A DNA stretch of 64,000 nucleotides, from contig MFDN01000005.1 of assembly GCA_001776935.1 (NCBI GenBank), positions 2,505 to 66,504 of the forward strand, given 5' to 3'. Below, one piece after another: positions 37,127 to 47,738 of the stretch (positions are counted from its first letter, which is position 1; every line of letters starts with the position of its first letter). Below the pieces are notes generated by a model. That model made no database searches. It was not told the DNA's origin and was given only the letters and a program-made list of their open reading frames with translations. Both the position numbers and the translations under genes were made by a program. Origin of the DNA: Candidatus Daviesbacteria bacterium RIFCSPLOWO2_01_FULL_39_23 (GTDB taxonomy: Bacteria > Patescibacteriota > Microgenomatia > Daviesbacterales > UBA10151).

Positions 37127-37242
37127 TAGTCCATTGGACCAGAAGGATCTCTCAACCCGCCGAAGGCGAGGCTCGCCTCTGGCGGCTTATTTGAGATACT
37201 ACTGACATTCGTCAGAGATTCTTCGCTACGCTCAGAATGACA
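37127..37242. mobile_element. MITE-like repeat (intergenic, between ABC ATPase and aldolase)
   Basis: tcatcctgatag...ggaccagaaggatctctc...ccgccgaaggcgaggctcgcctctggcgg...cttcgctacgctcagaatgaca. Internal GC-rich hairpin. Confidence 0.7.
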
Positions 37243-37274
37243 ATTAATATTGTAGATTAATTTGAGGCTAAATA

Positions 37275-38276
37275 CTAGACAGATTTTGCAGAGCGTGCAG
37301 AAGAAACTTTTCTAAGTCTTTCCAAAAATACTTTTTGGGCCTCTAAAACATTTTCTTCTTTTCCTGCCCATACCTTTAATGCTTCATCCTGCAAAGCCCG
37401 GCCATAGGAAAAGCTTAATTGCCATCCGCCGGCTGGCGGACTAATCTTATTAATAGCAGCCAGATTTACCGTGGCTTCATCAGGGGTTTGGCCGCCGGAG
37501 AGGAAAACTATTCCCGGCACCTCTTTTGGTACCGCTTCCAAAAATGTTTCTACTGTGGCTTTGGCAATCTCTTGCGGATTAGCTTTCACTGCAAAATCTT
37601 TACCGGAAATCACCATATTAGGTTTTAAGAGCATTCCTTCTAACGCAACTCTATGTGCTTCTAATTTCTCAAAAACTATTTTCAAAGTTTTGGTTGTGAC
37701 TTCCCGACATTTTTCAAGATCGTGTTCTCCGTCCATCAGAACTTCCGGCTCCACAATCGGCACAATATCCTGTTCCTGACACAAAGCAGCATATTGGGCT
37801 AAGCTTTCAGCGTTGGCTTCGATACAAATATCTGTTGGAATATTTTCCCCAATTGTAATGACTGCCCTCCATTTGGCAAACTTTGCTCCCAATTCTTTGT
37901 ATTCTTTAAGGCGTTCTTCTAACCCTTCCATGCCTTTCGTAATCTTTTCTCCCGGACTATTTGGCAAGTCTTCTGTTCCCTGATCAACTTTTATCCCCGG
38001 CAAGATTCCTCTGTCTTCCAGATACTTAGGAATTGTCACACCATCAATAGATTGCCTGATTGTTTCATCATATAAAATCACCCCTGATAAAAATTCTTCT
38101 ATTCCCGGAGTGGTAAAAAGCATTTTTCTGTAAGCCAGATTAGTTTCAGGCACAGACTGTAAATTTATTTTATCAAACCGTTTTTGAATGGTTTTAGAAG
38201 ATTCATCAGCTGCCAGGATTCCTTTTCCCGGCGCTACCAAGGTTTGTGCTGTTTGTTTTAATAAAATAATATCCAT
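37275..38276 (-). CDS. Fructose-bisphosphate aldolase class I
   Basis: GKGILAADES motif and conserved Schiff-base Lys region. 333 aa. Confidence 0.8.
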   Translation of the reverse strand: MDIILLKQTAQTLVAPGKGILAADESSKTIQKRFDKINLQSVPETNLAYRKMLFTTPGIEEFLSGVILYDETIRQSIDGVTIPKYLEDRGILPGIKVDQGTEDLPNSPGEKITKGMEGLEERLKEYKELGAKFAKWRAVITIGENIPTDICIEANAESLAQYAALCQEQDIVPIVEPEVLMDGEHDLEKCREVTTKTLKIVFEKLEAHRVALEGMLLKPNMVISGKDFAVKANPQEIAKATVETFLEAVPKEVPGIVFLSGGQTPDEATVNLAAINKISPPAGGWQLSFSYGRALQDEALKVWAGKEENVLEAQKVFLERLRKVSSARSAKSV

Positions 38277-38306
38277 TATATCGGGACTTGTCGCCTCAGA
38301 ATAACA

Positions 38307-39293
38307 CTAATGGTGAACCCGTTTCTCTATCTTTACACCCATATCCGATACTGTCAAGGTAGTCACCTCATAACCTTCAGGCGTTAATCTTACTTTAGGC
38401 AGATTGAACCAAGTATCCTCTGTTATAGCAGAAATTGACACCAGACACTCTTCTCTCTTTCCGGAAATAAGTTCATCCAAACTCCAAAAGCTTGAATATT
38501 TTTTGTTTGTTTCCAAGTCTGCAGACCAACCTCTCCCTTCACCTACAGCTCCCAAAGCTTTGGCGGCCACAGCAGAAAGTATTCCTTCTTCAAATCCGCC
38601 AATACCCATTACTAAAAATATTCCCTTTTTATGCTTAATAGGATCTGTACAAGCCAATACAGCCGGCATAAGATCGCCTGCCTTAATAAGTATCAGCTTA
38701 ACCCCGAATCTTTGACAAGCATTGATCAAATGCGCATTTCTATCACGATCCATCACCACGACATTTATTTTGGAAGGTTTAACCCCGAAAGTAATCACAA
38801 CCTGCATTAAATTCTCCTCAATGCTTTTTTGAAAAGAAATTTTCCCCCTAAGCTGCGGGGGGCCAAATAATTTATCCATGTAGTCGATATCTTTGGGTGT
38901 CGCCATCAGACCCTTATCAGAACTTACTGCAATTATAGAAACTGCTCCCGGAGAATTTAACTTAGCAGCTTTTGATCCTTCTACCACATCGTTAACCATA
39001 TCCATCTTACGACTGCCTGATCCGAATACTCCCTCCAGGGTCGGCAAAGCCTCGCCGTATTGATGAACATGTTTTCTGCCTTCTGACCCCACTACTTTTA
39101 AAGTAAATGGAATATCAGTCAAAGCAGCGCGCATAGTGTCTGCGCCTGTTTGATCAATCAGCTTTTCGCGACTCTTTGACTCTTCTTCTGTTAAAAGGTC
39201 AGTTGAAGCAAATCTTTTTTCCACAATCAGTTTCCAAACATTTATGGCAGTCAATTCAGTTGCGCGAATAATATAGTCTCTAACTTTTACCAT
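38307..39293 (-). CDS. glpX: Fructose-1,6-bisphosphatase class II (GlpX family)
   Basis: 328 aa. FLVMGIGGFEEGILSAVA aligns with E. coli GlpX LYGIGGAPEGVVSAVA, plus other GlpX motifs. Confidence 0.7.
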   Translation of the reverse strand: MVKVRDYIIRATELTAINVWKLIVEKRFASTDLLTEEESKSREKLIDQTGADTMRAALTDIPFTLKVVGSEGRKHVHQYGEALPTLEGVFGSGSRKMDMVNDVVEGSKAAKLNSPGAVSIIAVSSDKGLMATPKDIDYMDKLFGPPQLRGKISFQKSIEENLMQVVITFGVKPSKINVVVMDRDRNAHLINACQRFGVKLILIKAGDLMPAVLACTDPIKHKKGIFLVMGIGGFEEGILSAVAAKALGAVGEGRGWSADLETNKKYSSFWSLDELISGKREECLVSISAITEDTWFNLPKVRLTPEGYEVTTLTVSDMGVKIEKRVHH

Positions 39294-40437
39294 AATGATT
39301 TTTTACCAATTCTAAAATCTCTTTTTTGAATCTTTCTTTGGAAAACTTTTCAGCATTTTTTATACAGTCTTCCGGATCCCATCCAGAGGATGGTCCGCCT
39401 TGGGCGGAAAATTTTTGTAAAGCTTCCATTAAATCATCTGCTGTTGCTACACCAGGACCTCCATATAAAACGCCTGTTTTACCATCAATAACAGTTTCCA
39501 AAAAACCCCCTGAGGCAGGCGCTATTACCGGCGTACCAACAGCTTGTGCCTCAATTGAGGTAATCCCAAAATCCTCATCTTCTGCCGCGACTATCAGGGC
39601 TTTGGCATTTTGCAAAAGTTGAATTCTTTCTTCATCGCTCACCCATCCCAGAAATTCAGTGCTTTTAGCTTTTAGCTTTTCACTATTAGCTTTTAGCTCA
39701 TCTAATTGCGGACCTGTGCCAGCCACCTTAAGCGGCAAGCCCAACTTTCCGCAAGCCTCCACTACCACCTCCACTCCTTTCCCTCTTACCAGTCTACTCA
39801 ATACCAAAAAATAGCTTTTCGCTGCTAATGGCGAATGGCCAACAGCGAATAGCTCTAAATCCACTGGCGGGTAAATCACCACACTATCTCTTCTGTAGAA
39901 CTTTTTAATCCTTGCGGCGATATTTTTGGAATTGGCTATTAAAATATCCGGCCGCTGGGAAACTTCAAAATCATAAATCCGCATAAAATGATTAATAATC
40001 TCCCCACTTATTCTGGTCCACCAGTGTTTTTTGTAATTAAAGCTTGTGACGTAACCATACAAAAATCTGGGAGGGGTATGAATGTAACTTAAATGCAGAG
40101 TTTCGGGCTTGGTGATAACAGCTTTAGCTAAGTGAGTAGCAGATGAAGATGAAATCACCAAGTCGTATTCTGACAAATCAAAGCTTTCAAACATCATCGG
40201 TCCAAAAATCCGGAAAGGAGAAAGTAACCGGTTGGCAAAAGGAAATTTCTGAAACCAGGAAGTTCTAATGTCCCAACCTGCAAATCTTTTTCCATTTTCT
40301 CCCAGTTTCTCAGGATTATAATAAGCAGTAAAAAGGGGTGCCTGGGGAAAAATTTCATGCAAAACCTCCAAGACTCTTTCTGCTCCGCCGTACTCCCTTA
40401 AATAATCATGCACTAAAGCAACTTTTAAATTTTTCAT
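39280..40437 (-). CDS. Glycosyltransferase family 4
   Basis: GT-B fold with C-terminal E-x7-E region (EDFGITSIEAQAVGTPVIA). In-frame heptamer insertions encoding GHSPLAAKS and ELKANSEKLKAKS. Confidence 0.75.
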   Translation of the reverse strand: MKNLKVALVHDYLREYGGAERVLEVLHEIFPQAPLFTAYYNPEKLGENGKRFAGWDIRTSWFQKFPFANRLLSPFRIFGPMMFESFDLSEYDLVISSSSATHLAKAVITKPETLHLSYIHTPPRFLYGYVTSFNYKKHWWTRISGEIINHFMRIYDFEVSQRPDILIANSKNIAARIKKFYRRDSVVIYPPVDLELFAVGHSPLAAKSYFLVLSRLVRGKGVEVVVEACGKLGLPLKVAGTGPQLDELKANSEKLKAKSTEFLGWVSDEERIQLLQNAKALIVAAEDEDFGITSIEAQAVGTPVIAPASGGFLETVIDGKTGVLYGGPGVATADDLMEALQKFSAQGGPSSGWDPEDCIKNAEKFSKERFKKEILELVKNHYGKS

Positions 40438-40470
40438 AAATTTACCCTGAGCGTAGTCGAAGGGCTACCA

Positions 40471-41286
40471 TCATATTGCTTTAGCTGCTTCAATCAACTC
40501 GTCAAAACTTAATTTGGTGGGTTTACTGTCCGGGGCAGAAGCAGAACCGCAAATAACCATATGATGGGATTGATGCAAAAACCAGGAAGCGTCAGGATCC
40601 AAAGCTTTCACTTTGTCATAAATCGGTTCTAAATCAATCTCAAAAGAAGGAGTAAAAAATTGCACCCCGTGGTGTTTAGGGTGGTATATTAAGAATAAAT
40701 CCCCTTCCTGTTCCCTGCAGAACTCCCTATCTACAGTTTCTGAAACTACTGCAAAAGATTTACCTAATTTGGTTTGAAACTCAACTTTCTTTTCCCAATC
40801 TATAACAGATTGCTGTTTTCTTTTTAAAACGGATAAAATCCTGTCTAAAATCACAATCCCTAAATCAACTGATTTTTGGGAATTTTCTGCTGTTGAATCT
40901 TTACACCTGATAAAAGCCTGCACGCTAAATTCATCAAACTGGCTGTCCGGCGCCCTGCCTGTATCAATTAACCGGTTCCACTCCGTTAACGTGTCTAAAG
41001 CAGCTCTTAAGATTTCATCTTTGGGGATATAATTTTTCTTTTTTAAGTATTCATAAACCAGGGTTCCTGCACAGGTATTATCAAGATCTTCTTTGTGCTC
41101 ATCAAATTTGCCTCCGCCTGTACCTAAAAAAATTTTATCTTCATTTTCTTCCTTTTGGGCAGCATCACGGGAGGCGGATATAAACTCAATCTTCGCATCT
41201 TTAAAATCAGGATGATATTTTTTAAAAAGCCAGATGGCAGCAATATCATCCAGGTGCGGGTTTATATGCGTGACTAATGTTTTCAT
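40471..41286 (-). CDS. Metal-dependent hydrolase-like protein (MYG1/UPF0160-like?)
   Basis: THINPHLDDIAA resembles the His/Asp-rich N-terminal metal motif of UPF0160. Assignment is tentative. The ATG at 41286 is preferred over the longer track ORF. Confidence 0.35.
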   Translation of the reverse strand: MKTLVTHINPHLDDIAAIWLFKKYHPDFKDAKIEFISASRDAAQKEENEDKIFLGTGGGKFDEHKEDLDNTCAGTLVYEYLKKKNYIPKDEILRAALDTLTEWNRLIDTGRAPDSQFDEFSVQAFIRCKDSTAENSQKSVDLGIVILDRILSVLKRKQQSVIDWEKKVEFQTKLGKSFAVVSETVDREFCREQEGDLFLIYHPKHHGVQFFTPSFEIDLEPIYDKVKALDPDASWFLHQSHHMVICGSASAPDSKPTKLSFDELIEAAKAI

Positions 41287-41302
41287 GTATAATGATTCTA
41301 CC

Positions 41303-42235
41303 ATGATCATGCTTAAAAAACTTACTTTTGCCCCTTTTTTCCTGATAGCTTTTTCTTTACTGATCCCGCAGATTAATTCCCTTCTTGCTTCTTATGATTT
41401 TATTTTTTCCTTATCAGCAAACAGTTTAATTCAGCTTATTAAAATTGCCTTTCTCATATCCCTTGCCTGTTTATTCTTTTCCCTGTTTGTTACTTTGGCA
41501 TCAGACTTAAAAATAATCCTTCCAGTCATTATTCTGTCTGCTCTTTTACCGTTACTTTTCCTAAATACCAGCCTTGCTATTATTTTAGTTGTAACCATAA
41601 CAATTAGTTTATTTCTGACTTATCTGTCTCTTCAAAGCACGCTAAAAAGCTATCTGACATTTCAACCTGCTGCTCTTTTAGGGCCGGCTGTCAGGCATTT
41701 ATCAGGCTTTTTAATCTTATCTTTTTGTTTAATCTATTTTTTCTCAAGCAGTAAAATTATCGCCCAAAACGGCTTTCAAATCCCTGATTCATTAATTGAT
41801 ACAGCCCTCAAAATGACTCCTCTTCCGGCCCAGAACCAATCAGGACAAACGGAACAAACCCAATTGCCTGCCATTTCCTCTGATCAAATCAAACTGCTGA
41901 AAAACAACCCTGAATTGTTAAAACAATCAGGCATCGACCCAAAACTGCTGGATAGTTTATCTGTTCCCCAAGAAGCTATTGAAGCGCCGGCAGATTTAAT
42001 TAAAGACACCATCAAACAAACAGTCAAAGACCAGGTTCAAAATTTTATTAAACCCTATGCCTCTTTTATTCCGGCTGTTCTAACCGTGCTTTTATTTATT
42101 ACCCTGCAATCTATTACTTCTTTTATCAATCTATTAATCTATCCCTTGATTTGGTTAACTTTTTTGATTTTGGAAAAAGTAGGCTTTACAAAATTCACAA
42201 CAGAAATGAGGCCGGTAAAAAAACTTATGGTTTAA
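41303..42235 (+). CDS. Hypothetical polytopic membrane protein
   Basis: Multiple TM helices plus a hydrophilic Q/P-rich segment. The start was chosen to avoid overlap with the divergent gene. Confidence 0.4.
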   Translation: MIMLKKLTFAPFFLIAFSLLIPQINSLLASYDFIFSLSANSLIQLIKIAFLISLACLFFSLFVTLASDLKIILPVIILSALLPLLFLNTSLAIILVVTITISLFLTYLSLQSTLKSYLTFQPAALLGPAVRHLSGFLILSFCLIYFFSSSKIIAQNGFQIPDSLIDTALKMTPLPAQNQSGQTEQTQLPAISSDQIKLLKNNPELLKQSGIDPKLLDSLSVPQEAIEAPADLIKDTIKQTVKDQVQNFIKPYASFIPAVLTVLLFITLQSITSFINLLIYPLIWLTFLILEKVGFTKFTTEMRPVKKLMV

Positions 42236-44532
42236 ATTTTCAGAAGCTTCATTTCTCCCCAGTTTGGGCCGACTTTTAAATCAACAACCACCGGCACAGA
42301 CAACTTTAAAGCATCTTCCATTCTACCTTTAACCATTTTGGCTACATCCTCAACGCATTTTGGATCACATTCAAACAAAAGCTCATCATGAACCTGCAAA
42401 ATTAGTCGGCAGCTTTTAGCTATTGGCTGTTGGATATTAGCTGCCAATTGCGAACCGCTAACAGCTAACAGCTCCTTATCTATCTCCACCATTGCCTTTT
42501 TAATCATATCCGCCGCCGTACCCTGTACCGGATGATTAACAGCTGCCCGCTCGCCTGCTGATTTAATCATCCTGTTGTCTGCTTTCAGTTCCGGAATATA
42601 CCTTTTCCTGCCCCAGATTGTCTCAACAAAACCTCTTTCATATCCAAATGCCAAAGTTTGCTCCATCCACTCCTTAACTTTTGGAAATTGCGCAAAATAT
42701 TCTAAAATATATTGCTGGGCAATCTCAAACGGGACACTTAATTGCCTGGATAGCGCCCGCGGGCCCTGACCGTAAAGGGTGGCAAAATTTATGGTTTTAC
42801 CAACCATCCTTTGTTCTTTTGTCACCTTGCCCAAAGGGATGCTGAAAACTTTAGAAGCTGTGGCAGTATGTATATCCACTCCTTTTTTGAAAGCTTCTTT
42901 TAAACCCGGGTCATCTGCCAAATGCGCCATTATCCGGAGCTCTATCTGCGAATAATCAGCTGCCAGTAAAATTTTACCTTTGGGAGCAATGAAAGCTTTG
43001 CGTATTTCCGAACCAGCTTCGCCTTTAACCGGGATATTTTGTAAATTTGGATCTTTGGAAGAAATCCTGCCTGTAGCAGCTCCTTCCACATTAAAGGTGG
43101 AATGAATCCGTCCATCTTCCGCCACTGCTTTTGGCAAAGCATCAATATATGTGGAAACCAGTTTAAAAAGCTGCCGGTATTGGAGCAGTAACGATATTGC
43201 AGGATGAGCAGATGAAAGTTCGCGCAAAGTATCTTCATCAGTGGAACGGCCGGTTTTAGTTTTTCTGACAACCGGCAACTTTAATTCATCAAAAAGCACC
43301 TCAGAAAGTTGTTTTGGACTGTTCAGATTTATCTCATGCCCTATTTCTGAGTAAATATTCTCCTCAAGCTTTGACAATTTGGCTTTCAGTTCCTTGCCAA
43401 ACTTATTTAAAAACTTAAGATCAACCAACACTCCGGCTTTTGACATTTTTTGCAGAACTTGCCCAACTTCCTTATCCAAATCGGTTGTAGTTTCATTCTG
43501 CATCGCTCGGGGGCCTGTCAGCTCGGTTAGGGAGTCGTTTAGACTCCCGCTCGCCGTATTCCGCGAGCCCCGCCGTGCATCCTCGTTCGTTTCACTCACT
43601 GCGGCTACGCGTCGGGATCCCTCCTCGCTGCCACCCCTCGCTACTCCATCCAGTCTTCCTATCAGGCTCTTAAACTCCAATTCTTCAAATAGTTGAACAA
43701 CTTTTTCCCTGTCAAAATCATGCACCTTGCATTTCCCCAGGTCGAGCTTAATCGGAGCCTTCAGATCTAGAGTAGCCAGTTTTTTACTCATCACGGCAGA
43801 TTCTGCGCCTTCGGCGAGTAAAGCCTGGGTTCGGGCGGGCAGAGTTTTTAAATTTTCCGGTTTGTATATCCCTTCAATTGTTTCAAATTGATGGATCAAT
43901 TTAGTAGCTGTAACATCCCCAATCCCTGCAACCCCCGGGATATTATCCGATGCATCCCCTGCCAAACCCTTATAATCAGTAAGTTGCGCCGGATAAAAAC
44001 CATACTTTGCTACAAATTCCTCAACTCCATATAAACCCACATCAGCAATGGTTTTTTTAGGCATAAAAATTTTGGTGCGCTCATCAATAAGCTGCATAAT
44101 ATCTCTATCCCCTGTCACGATAATAATTTCCAATTTACAATCCGCCAGCTGGCGGACAATTTTCAATTTTCTTGCCTGCACAGTCAGGGTGCCAATCAAA
44201 TCATCTGCTTCATATCCGGATAATCTAAACTCCGGAATATTGAAAGCATGAACCACCTCGTGAACCCTTTTATATTGGCCGGATAAACCGTCATCAGCAG
44301 GCCCCCGGGTGGCTTTATATTGGGTATAGGCCTGGTGCCGGAACGTCGGACCCTTTTCATCCCAGGCAACAGCGATAAACTGCGGCACAAGCTCTGAAAT
44401 TGCTTTTAAAATCATTGAAGAAAATCCATAAACTGCATTAACCAGCTCACCCTTTGAGGTGGTGAAAGGAGGAACAGCATGATAGGCCCTATGAAGCAAA
44501 GCATTACCGTCAACCAAAACCAATCGTTTCAT
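42232..44532 (-). CDS. polA: DNA polymerase I (5'-3' exonuclease + polymerase domains, no 3'-5' exonuclease domain)
   Basis: The 5'-nuclease N-terminus (LVDGNALLHRAYHA, GDRD) is followed directly by the polymerase domain (RSTDEDTLREL, HTATAS, QVHDEL). A 47-aa in-frame GC-rich repeat insertion lies at the domain junction. A heptamer insert lies near the C-terminus. Confidence 0.9.
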   Translation of the reverse strand: MKRLVLVDGNALLHRAYHAVPPFTTSKGELVNAVYGFSSMILKAISELVPQFIAVAWDEKGPTFRHQAYTQYKATRGPADDGLSGQYKRVHEVVHAFNIPEFRLSGYEADDLIGTLTVQARKLKIVRQLADCKLEIIIVTGDRDIMQLIDERTKIFMPKKTIADVGLYGVEEFVAKYGFYPAQLTDYKGLAGDASDNIPGVAGIGDVTATKLIHQFETIEGIYKPENLKTLPARTQALLAEGAESAVMSKKLATLDLKAPIKLDLGKCKVHDFDREKVVQLFEELEFKSLIGRLDGVARGGSEEGSRRVAAVSETNEDARRGSRNTASGSLNDSLTELTGPRAMQNETTTDLDKEVGQVLQKMSKAGVLVDLKFLNKFGKELKAKLSKLEENIYSEIGHEINLNSPKQLSEVLFDELKLPVVRKTKTGRSTDEDTLRELSSAHPAISLLLQYRQLFKLVSTYIDALPKAVAEDGRIHSTFNVEGAATGRISSKDPNLQNIPVKGEAGSEIRKAFIAPKGKILLAADYSQIELRIMAHLADDPGLKEAFKKGVDIHTATASKVFSIPLGKVTKEQRMVGKTINFATLYGQGPRALSRQLSVPFEIAQQYILEYFAQFPKVKEWMEQTLAFGYERGFVETIWGRKRYIPELKADNRMIKSAGERAAVNHPVQGTAADMIKKAMVEIDKELLAVSGSQLAANIQQPIAKSCRLILQVHDELLFECDPKCVEDVAKMVKGRMEDALKLSVPVVVDLKVGPNWGEMKLLKI
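43501..43642. repeat. GC-rich interspersed element inserted in-frame in polA
   Basis: Reverse-complement homolog of 15693-15830 with an extra internal segment. Encodes GVARGGSEEGSRRVAAVSETNEDARRGSRNTASGSLNDSLTELTGPRA. Confidence 0.75.
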
Positions 44533-44552
44533 GATGGAGAAATTTTAGCATA

Positions 44553-45575
44553 TTACTTAAACAAAGTTTTGGCATAATTTAAATACTCCGGATGGCCATT
44601 TTCAGCCATGAAATACCACCACTCGACCCCCCAAAGATAAGCCTCATCAAAGCCGGTTTTTTGAAAAAAATTAATGTAATTTTTTAAATCTTTGGTTGTA
44701 AAAAATTGCGCCTGTTGCACAGGTGGAATAAATTTGCCGTGTGCAAGCCATGGTTCAGCCTGCAGTTCCACCACAATAGTTTTTTTGTTACCGGGAGCAA
44801 AAAATTTCCTTATAAGAACTGACTTGATATTGTAAAGATATGGCGGTATCGGATAAGTTGCATACCTCAAAAACCTATCGTATACTTGCCTGTACAAAGT
44901 TGTCCCAAATACATCCGAAAGACGCATGGATGTAACCCAAAGGCCCAGTTCCCCTGAATCTGTTAAAATAACAGTCTTATCGCTAAGACTTCTGACAAGC
45001 TCAACCTCTTCTCTTAAAAAGTTTTTATCCGGTTGATCGCAACCCTCCCCAAAAACCTGCAAAAGCGGTTCATTCTCTACCTGCCAGGCTGCTATTGCAG
45101 GATTATTTTCGTATCTTTCCACCACAGTGCGGACCAACTGCAAAAGCTCCTTTTTTCTGCTCTCAACGCTTAATTTTTTTGCCCAGGAAGGAATATGGCA
45201 TTCAGGCCAGCGCGGCTGCCTGGCGCCTACTACTAAAATCACCTCTGCGCCCTTTTCCTCAGCCTCCTTCAGCATAAAATCTGTCTCTGAAAAGTTATAT
45301 TCAGAAGGTGCAGGCTCCAAAATCTCCCAATAAGTTGGGATTCTTATCCTGCTTACTTTAAGCTCATCTAAAATCCTAATATAAGTTTTTTGCCAATCAA
45401 GCTTTAAATATTTTGCATATTTTGGAGAAAATGTGACTCCTAAATTGACCTCAGTTGGAAAACTATAAAATTTTTCAAACGCCATCTCCCCCACCAGTAT
45501 TACCACCAAAATAACTAATAAACTAATTACGGCAATAATAGTTGGTAATTTAAGATGCAGGAAAAATTTATCCAC
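44553..45575 (-). CDS. Membrane-anchored glycoside hydrolase (clan GH-A, TIM barrel)
   Basis: N-terminal TM helix. VENEP catalytic acid/base motif typical of GH5/GH113-like enzymes. Confidence 0.5.
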   Translation of the reverse strand: MDKFFLHLKLPTIIAVISLLVILVVILVGEMAFEKFYSFPTEVNLGVTFSPKYAKYLKLDWQKTYIRILDELKVSRIRIPTYWEILEPAPSEYNFSETDFMLKEAEEKGAEVILVVGARQPRWPECHIPSWAKKLSVESRKKELLQLVRTVVERYENNPAIAAWQVENEPLLQVFGEGCDQPDKNFLREEVELVRSLSDKTVILTDSGELGLWVTSMRLSDVFGTTLYRQVYDRFLRYATYPIPPYLYNIKSVLIRKFFAPGNKKTIVVELQAEPWLAHGKFIPPVQQAQFFTTKDLKNYINFFQKTGFDEAYLWGVEWWYFMAENGHPEYLNYAKTLFK

Positions 45576-46358
45576 ATTCTAACTATATCTTATTGTATAA
45601 TCGAATCAAATATGTACGCTAAAAAACTTAAAATAGCTTCAATTATTGTGACATACAACCGGGTTGAAGAAGCAAAAGCCCAAATGGATATCATACGCGA
45701 GCTATGGCAGCCAATGTTTGAAAGCGTTGATATCTACCATGAATTCAACGGCGAAAAGCTCTGGCACCCTCAAAAGTATAAGGAAGATTTCCTTCACCGC
45801 CACAAGCCGATGCCTCATTTTGTAGGCGCAAATCATATGTTAAATCAGGGTATTAAGCATGTTTTAGAATCGGGTAACAAATATGATTATATTATTGCCA
45901 GTTCAGCTGATGTATGGTTTTATGATCCGAAAAAAATCAAAGAAGTTATTTTAAAATGCCATAAAAAACAATCACAGCTTGCAACATCATTATGGTTTGG
46001 AGTAATTTTATCTACGGAATTTTTTATCATTACGCCGAATCTGGCTAAAAGAGTTTTCCCTTTGCACTTTACAAATATTATTAATAAATATAAACCTTTA
46101 AAATGGGCTTACTCCAAAGTCTCCATCTTTGAAAATATCTTCACCCTACAGGTGATGCGGATGCTAAAAAATCCCGCTAAAATTTACCTTATCCCGGGAA
46201 GAAGAACTATCTGGCCTCAAAACAGATATTCTTCTGCCAATTTTTATGCCTCCCATCACGACCGGAATCAGAGAAAAAGAGATATTTCTATAAAAATGAA
46301 AGATATCCTGGGAAATAAAATTAAAAATATGCCAAGCTTAACTAAGTTTCTGAGTTAA
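45555..46358 (+). CDS. Glycosyltransferase family 2-like protein
   Basis: IASIIVTYNR N-terminal GT-A motif. An alternative start at 45609 would avoid the divergent overlap. Confidence 0.4.
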   Translation: MQEKFIHILTISYCIIESNMYAKKLKIASIIVTYNRVEEAKAQMDIIRELWQPMFESVDIYHEFNGEKLWHPQKYKEDFLHRHKPMPHFVGANHMLNQGIKHVLESGNKYDYIIASSADVWFYDPKKIKEVILKCHKKQSQLATSLWFGVILSTEFFIITPNLAKRVFPLHFTNIINKYKPLKWAYSKVSIFENIFTLQVMRMLKNPAKIYLIPGRRTIWPQNRYSSANFYASHHDRNQRKRDISIKMKDILGNKIKNMPSLTKFLS

Positions 46359-47097
46359 AATGCCCAAACTCATATTCAACTTTGCTTTTCCTACGGCCCC
46401 AAAGCAAAATTTTCAACCCAAAAAGAAGCATTTTTAAAACATATTTTCTCCTGCCCTCATGTTTTATTCTTCTGACAGATGTATGCATCCTGACATTTTT
46501 AAGCCAAATCAGCTTACCGCCCTTTTTGATAATCCGATGTACCAAATCCTGGTCCTCCGCCACAATCACAGTTTCATCAAAGCCTCCTGCTTTTTCAAAA
46601 ATTTCCCGTCTTATACATAAATTCCGGGCCGGGATCACAGGCCAGATGTATTGAGAAAGCTTAAACCCTAAATCTTCCGCTTTAAAATATAAAATATCTT
46701 TCCAGTAGTTTGAATCAGGCACGGAGCTGGCTGCAGCTACATCCGGCTTCCTGATAAGAATATCTGCAAAATATTTTTCTAAAGTATCTGGCTGCCCCAA
46801 AATCATGTCAGCATCCAGAAATAACAGGTGTCCCGAGGTAGTTTTTTTGACTCCTAAATTACGCTGCCTGGAAATGGTGGATTTGGGGATACGAAAATAA
46901 CGCAGTCCGGCAAACTGCTTTTGTCTCTTTTTAACCTCTTCAATTGTTTTATCTTTTGAGAATGCATCAACTACTACCAGCTCTTTTGGCCGAACTGTCT
47001 GTTTGATAAGTGAATCCAGCAGCCTCCCGATGAAATGTTCTTCGTTTAATGTGGGTATGATAATAGCCAAATCAACTACTGCTTTACCGTCTGACAT
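46342..47097 (-). CDS. Glycosyltransferase family 2
   Basis: LAIIIPTLNEE...VVVDAFSKDKT...FLDADM (DxD) motifs. Confidence 0.75.
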   Translation of the reverse strand: MSDGKAVVDLAIIIPTLNEEHFIGRLLDSLIKQTVRPKELVVVDAFSKDKTIEEVKKRQKQFAGLRYFRIPKSTISRQRNLGVKKTTSGHLLFLDADMILGQPDTLEKYFADILIRKPDVAAASSVPDSNYWKDILYFKAEDLGFKLSQYIWPVIPARNLCIRREIFEKAGGFDETVIVAEDQDLVHRIIKKGGKLIWLKNVRMHTSVRRIKHEGRRKYVLKMLLFGLKILLWGRRKSKVEYEFGHFNSET

Positions 47098-47738
47098 TTT
47101 TGAGCCCTTTCCGAATAAACCATTCTTTCAACTTCATTCAAAGCCGAAGAGCTGGCTTCTTTTGATAAAAATGTACATGCAGAAAGCTTTGATATATTAA
47201 GCTCATTAGCAACAAGAGGATGCATCTGGCTAATTTTATCAATAAATTTACCTTCCCACTCTGACAATCTGCTTATCGCAAGCCTGATAGACATACGCGC
47301 ATTTGGATTTGAAATTTGATCATAAACTGTTTGCAAAGTGCTCATCTGCAAGACAATTTCACCAGCGGCCTTCCCTGCAAAACCGCTATCTAAGGGACTC
47401 AGTAAATTGGCAATTTCCTGTAAATGCCAACTGTATCTTTCCAAGGTGGGCAGAATTAAATCCGCGCGGGATACAGAAACTAAGCTCTTCACTTCTCTTA
47501 TCCTTCGGGTTGAAAACTCTATCTGTCTTAGAGCCTTTATGTTTGTGGTACCGGCAAACTTAAGTTCCAAATTTTCCCGGATTGATTTCAAAAAGTACAA
47601 AGGCGAAGCCGGATGAATCCTAGCCTGCCCAATGGCATCAGCTTGGGCATAGGCAGGAAAAATGTAAAATGTAAAATGTAAAATGTAAAATGTAAAAAGC
47701 AGAAGAATCAATCTAATTGTAAATTGTACATTGTACAT
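47076..47738 (-). CDS. Hypothetical secreted protein
   Basis: Predicted signal peptide (MYNVQFTIRLILLLFTFYILHFTFYIFPAYAQA) partly encoded by the aatgtaa heptamer repeat. The track ORF extends further from a GTG. Confidence 0.3.
   Translation of the reverse strand: MYNVQFTIRLILLLFTFYILHFTFYIFPAYAQADAIGQARIHPASPLYFLKSIRENLELKFAGTTNIKALRQIEFSTRRIREVKSLVSVSRADLILPTLERYSWHLQEIANLLSPLDSGFAGKAAGEIVLQMSTLQTVYDQISNPNARMSIRLAISRLSEWEGKFIDKISQMHPLVANELNISKLSACTFLSKEASSSALNEVERMVYSERAQKCQTVKQ

Noticed and set aside
37160-37200. GC-rich hairpin ccgccgaaggcgaggctcgcctctggcgg as a standalone terminator
   Set aside because: It lies inside a MITE copy and has no adjacent U-tract in either orientation. It is more likely part of the element structure.
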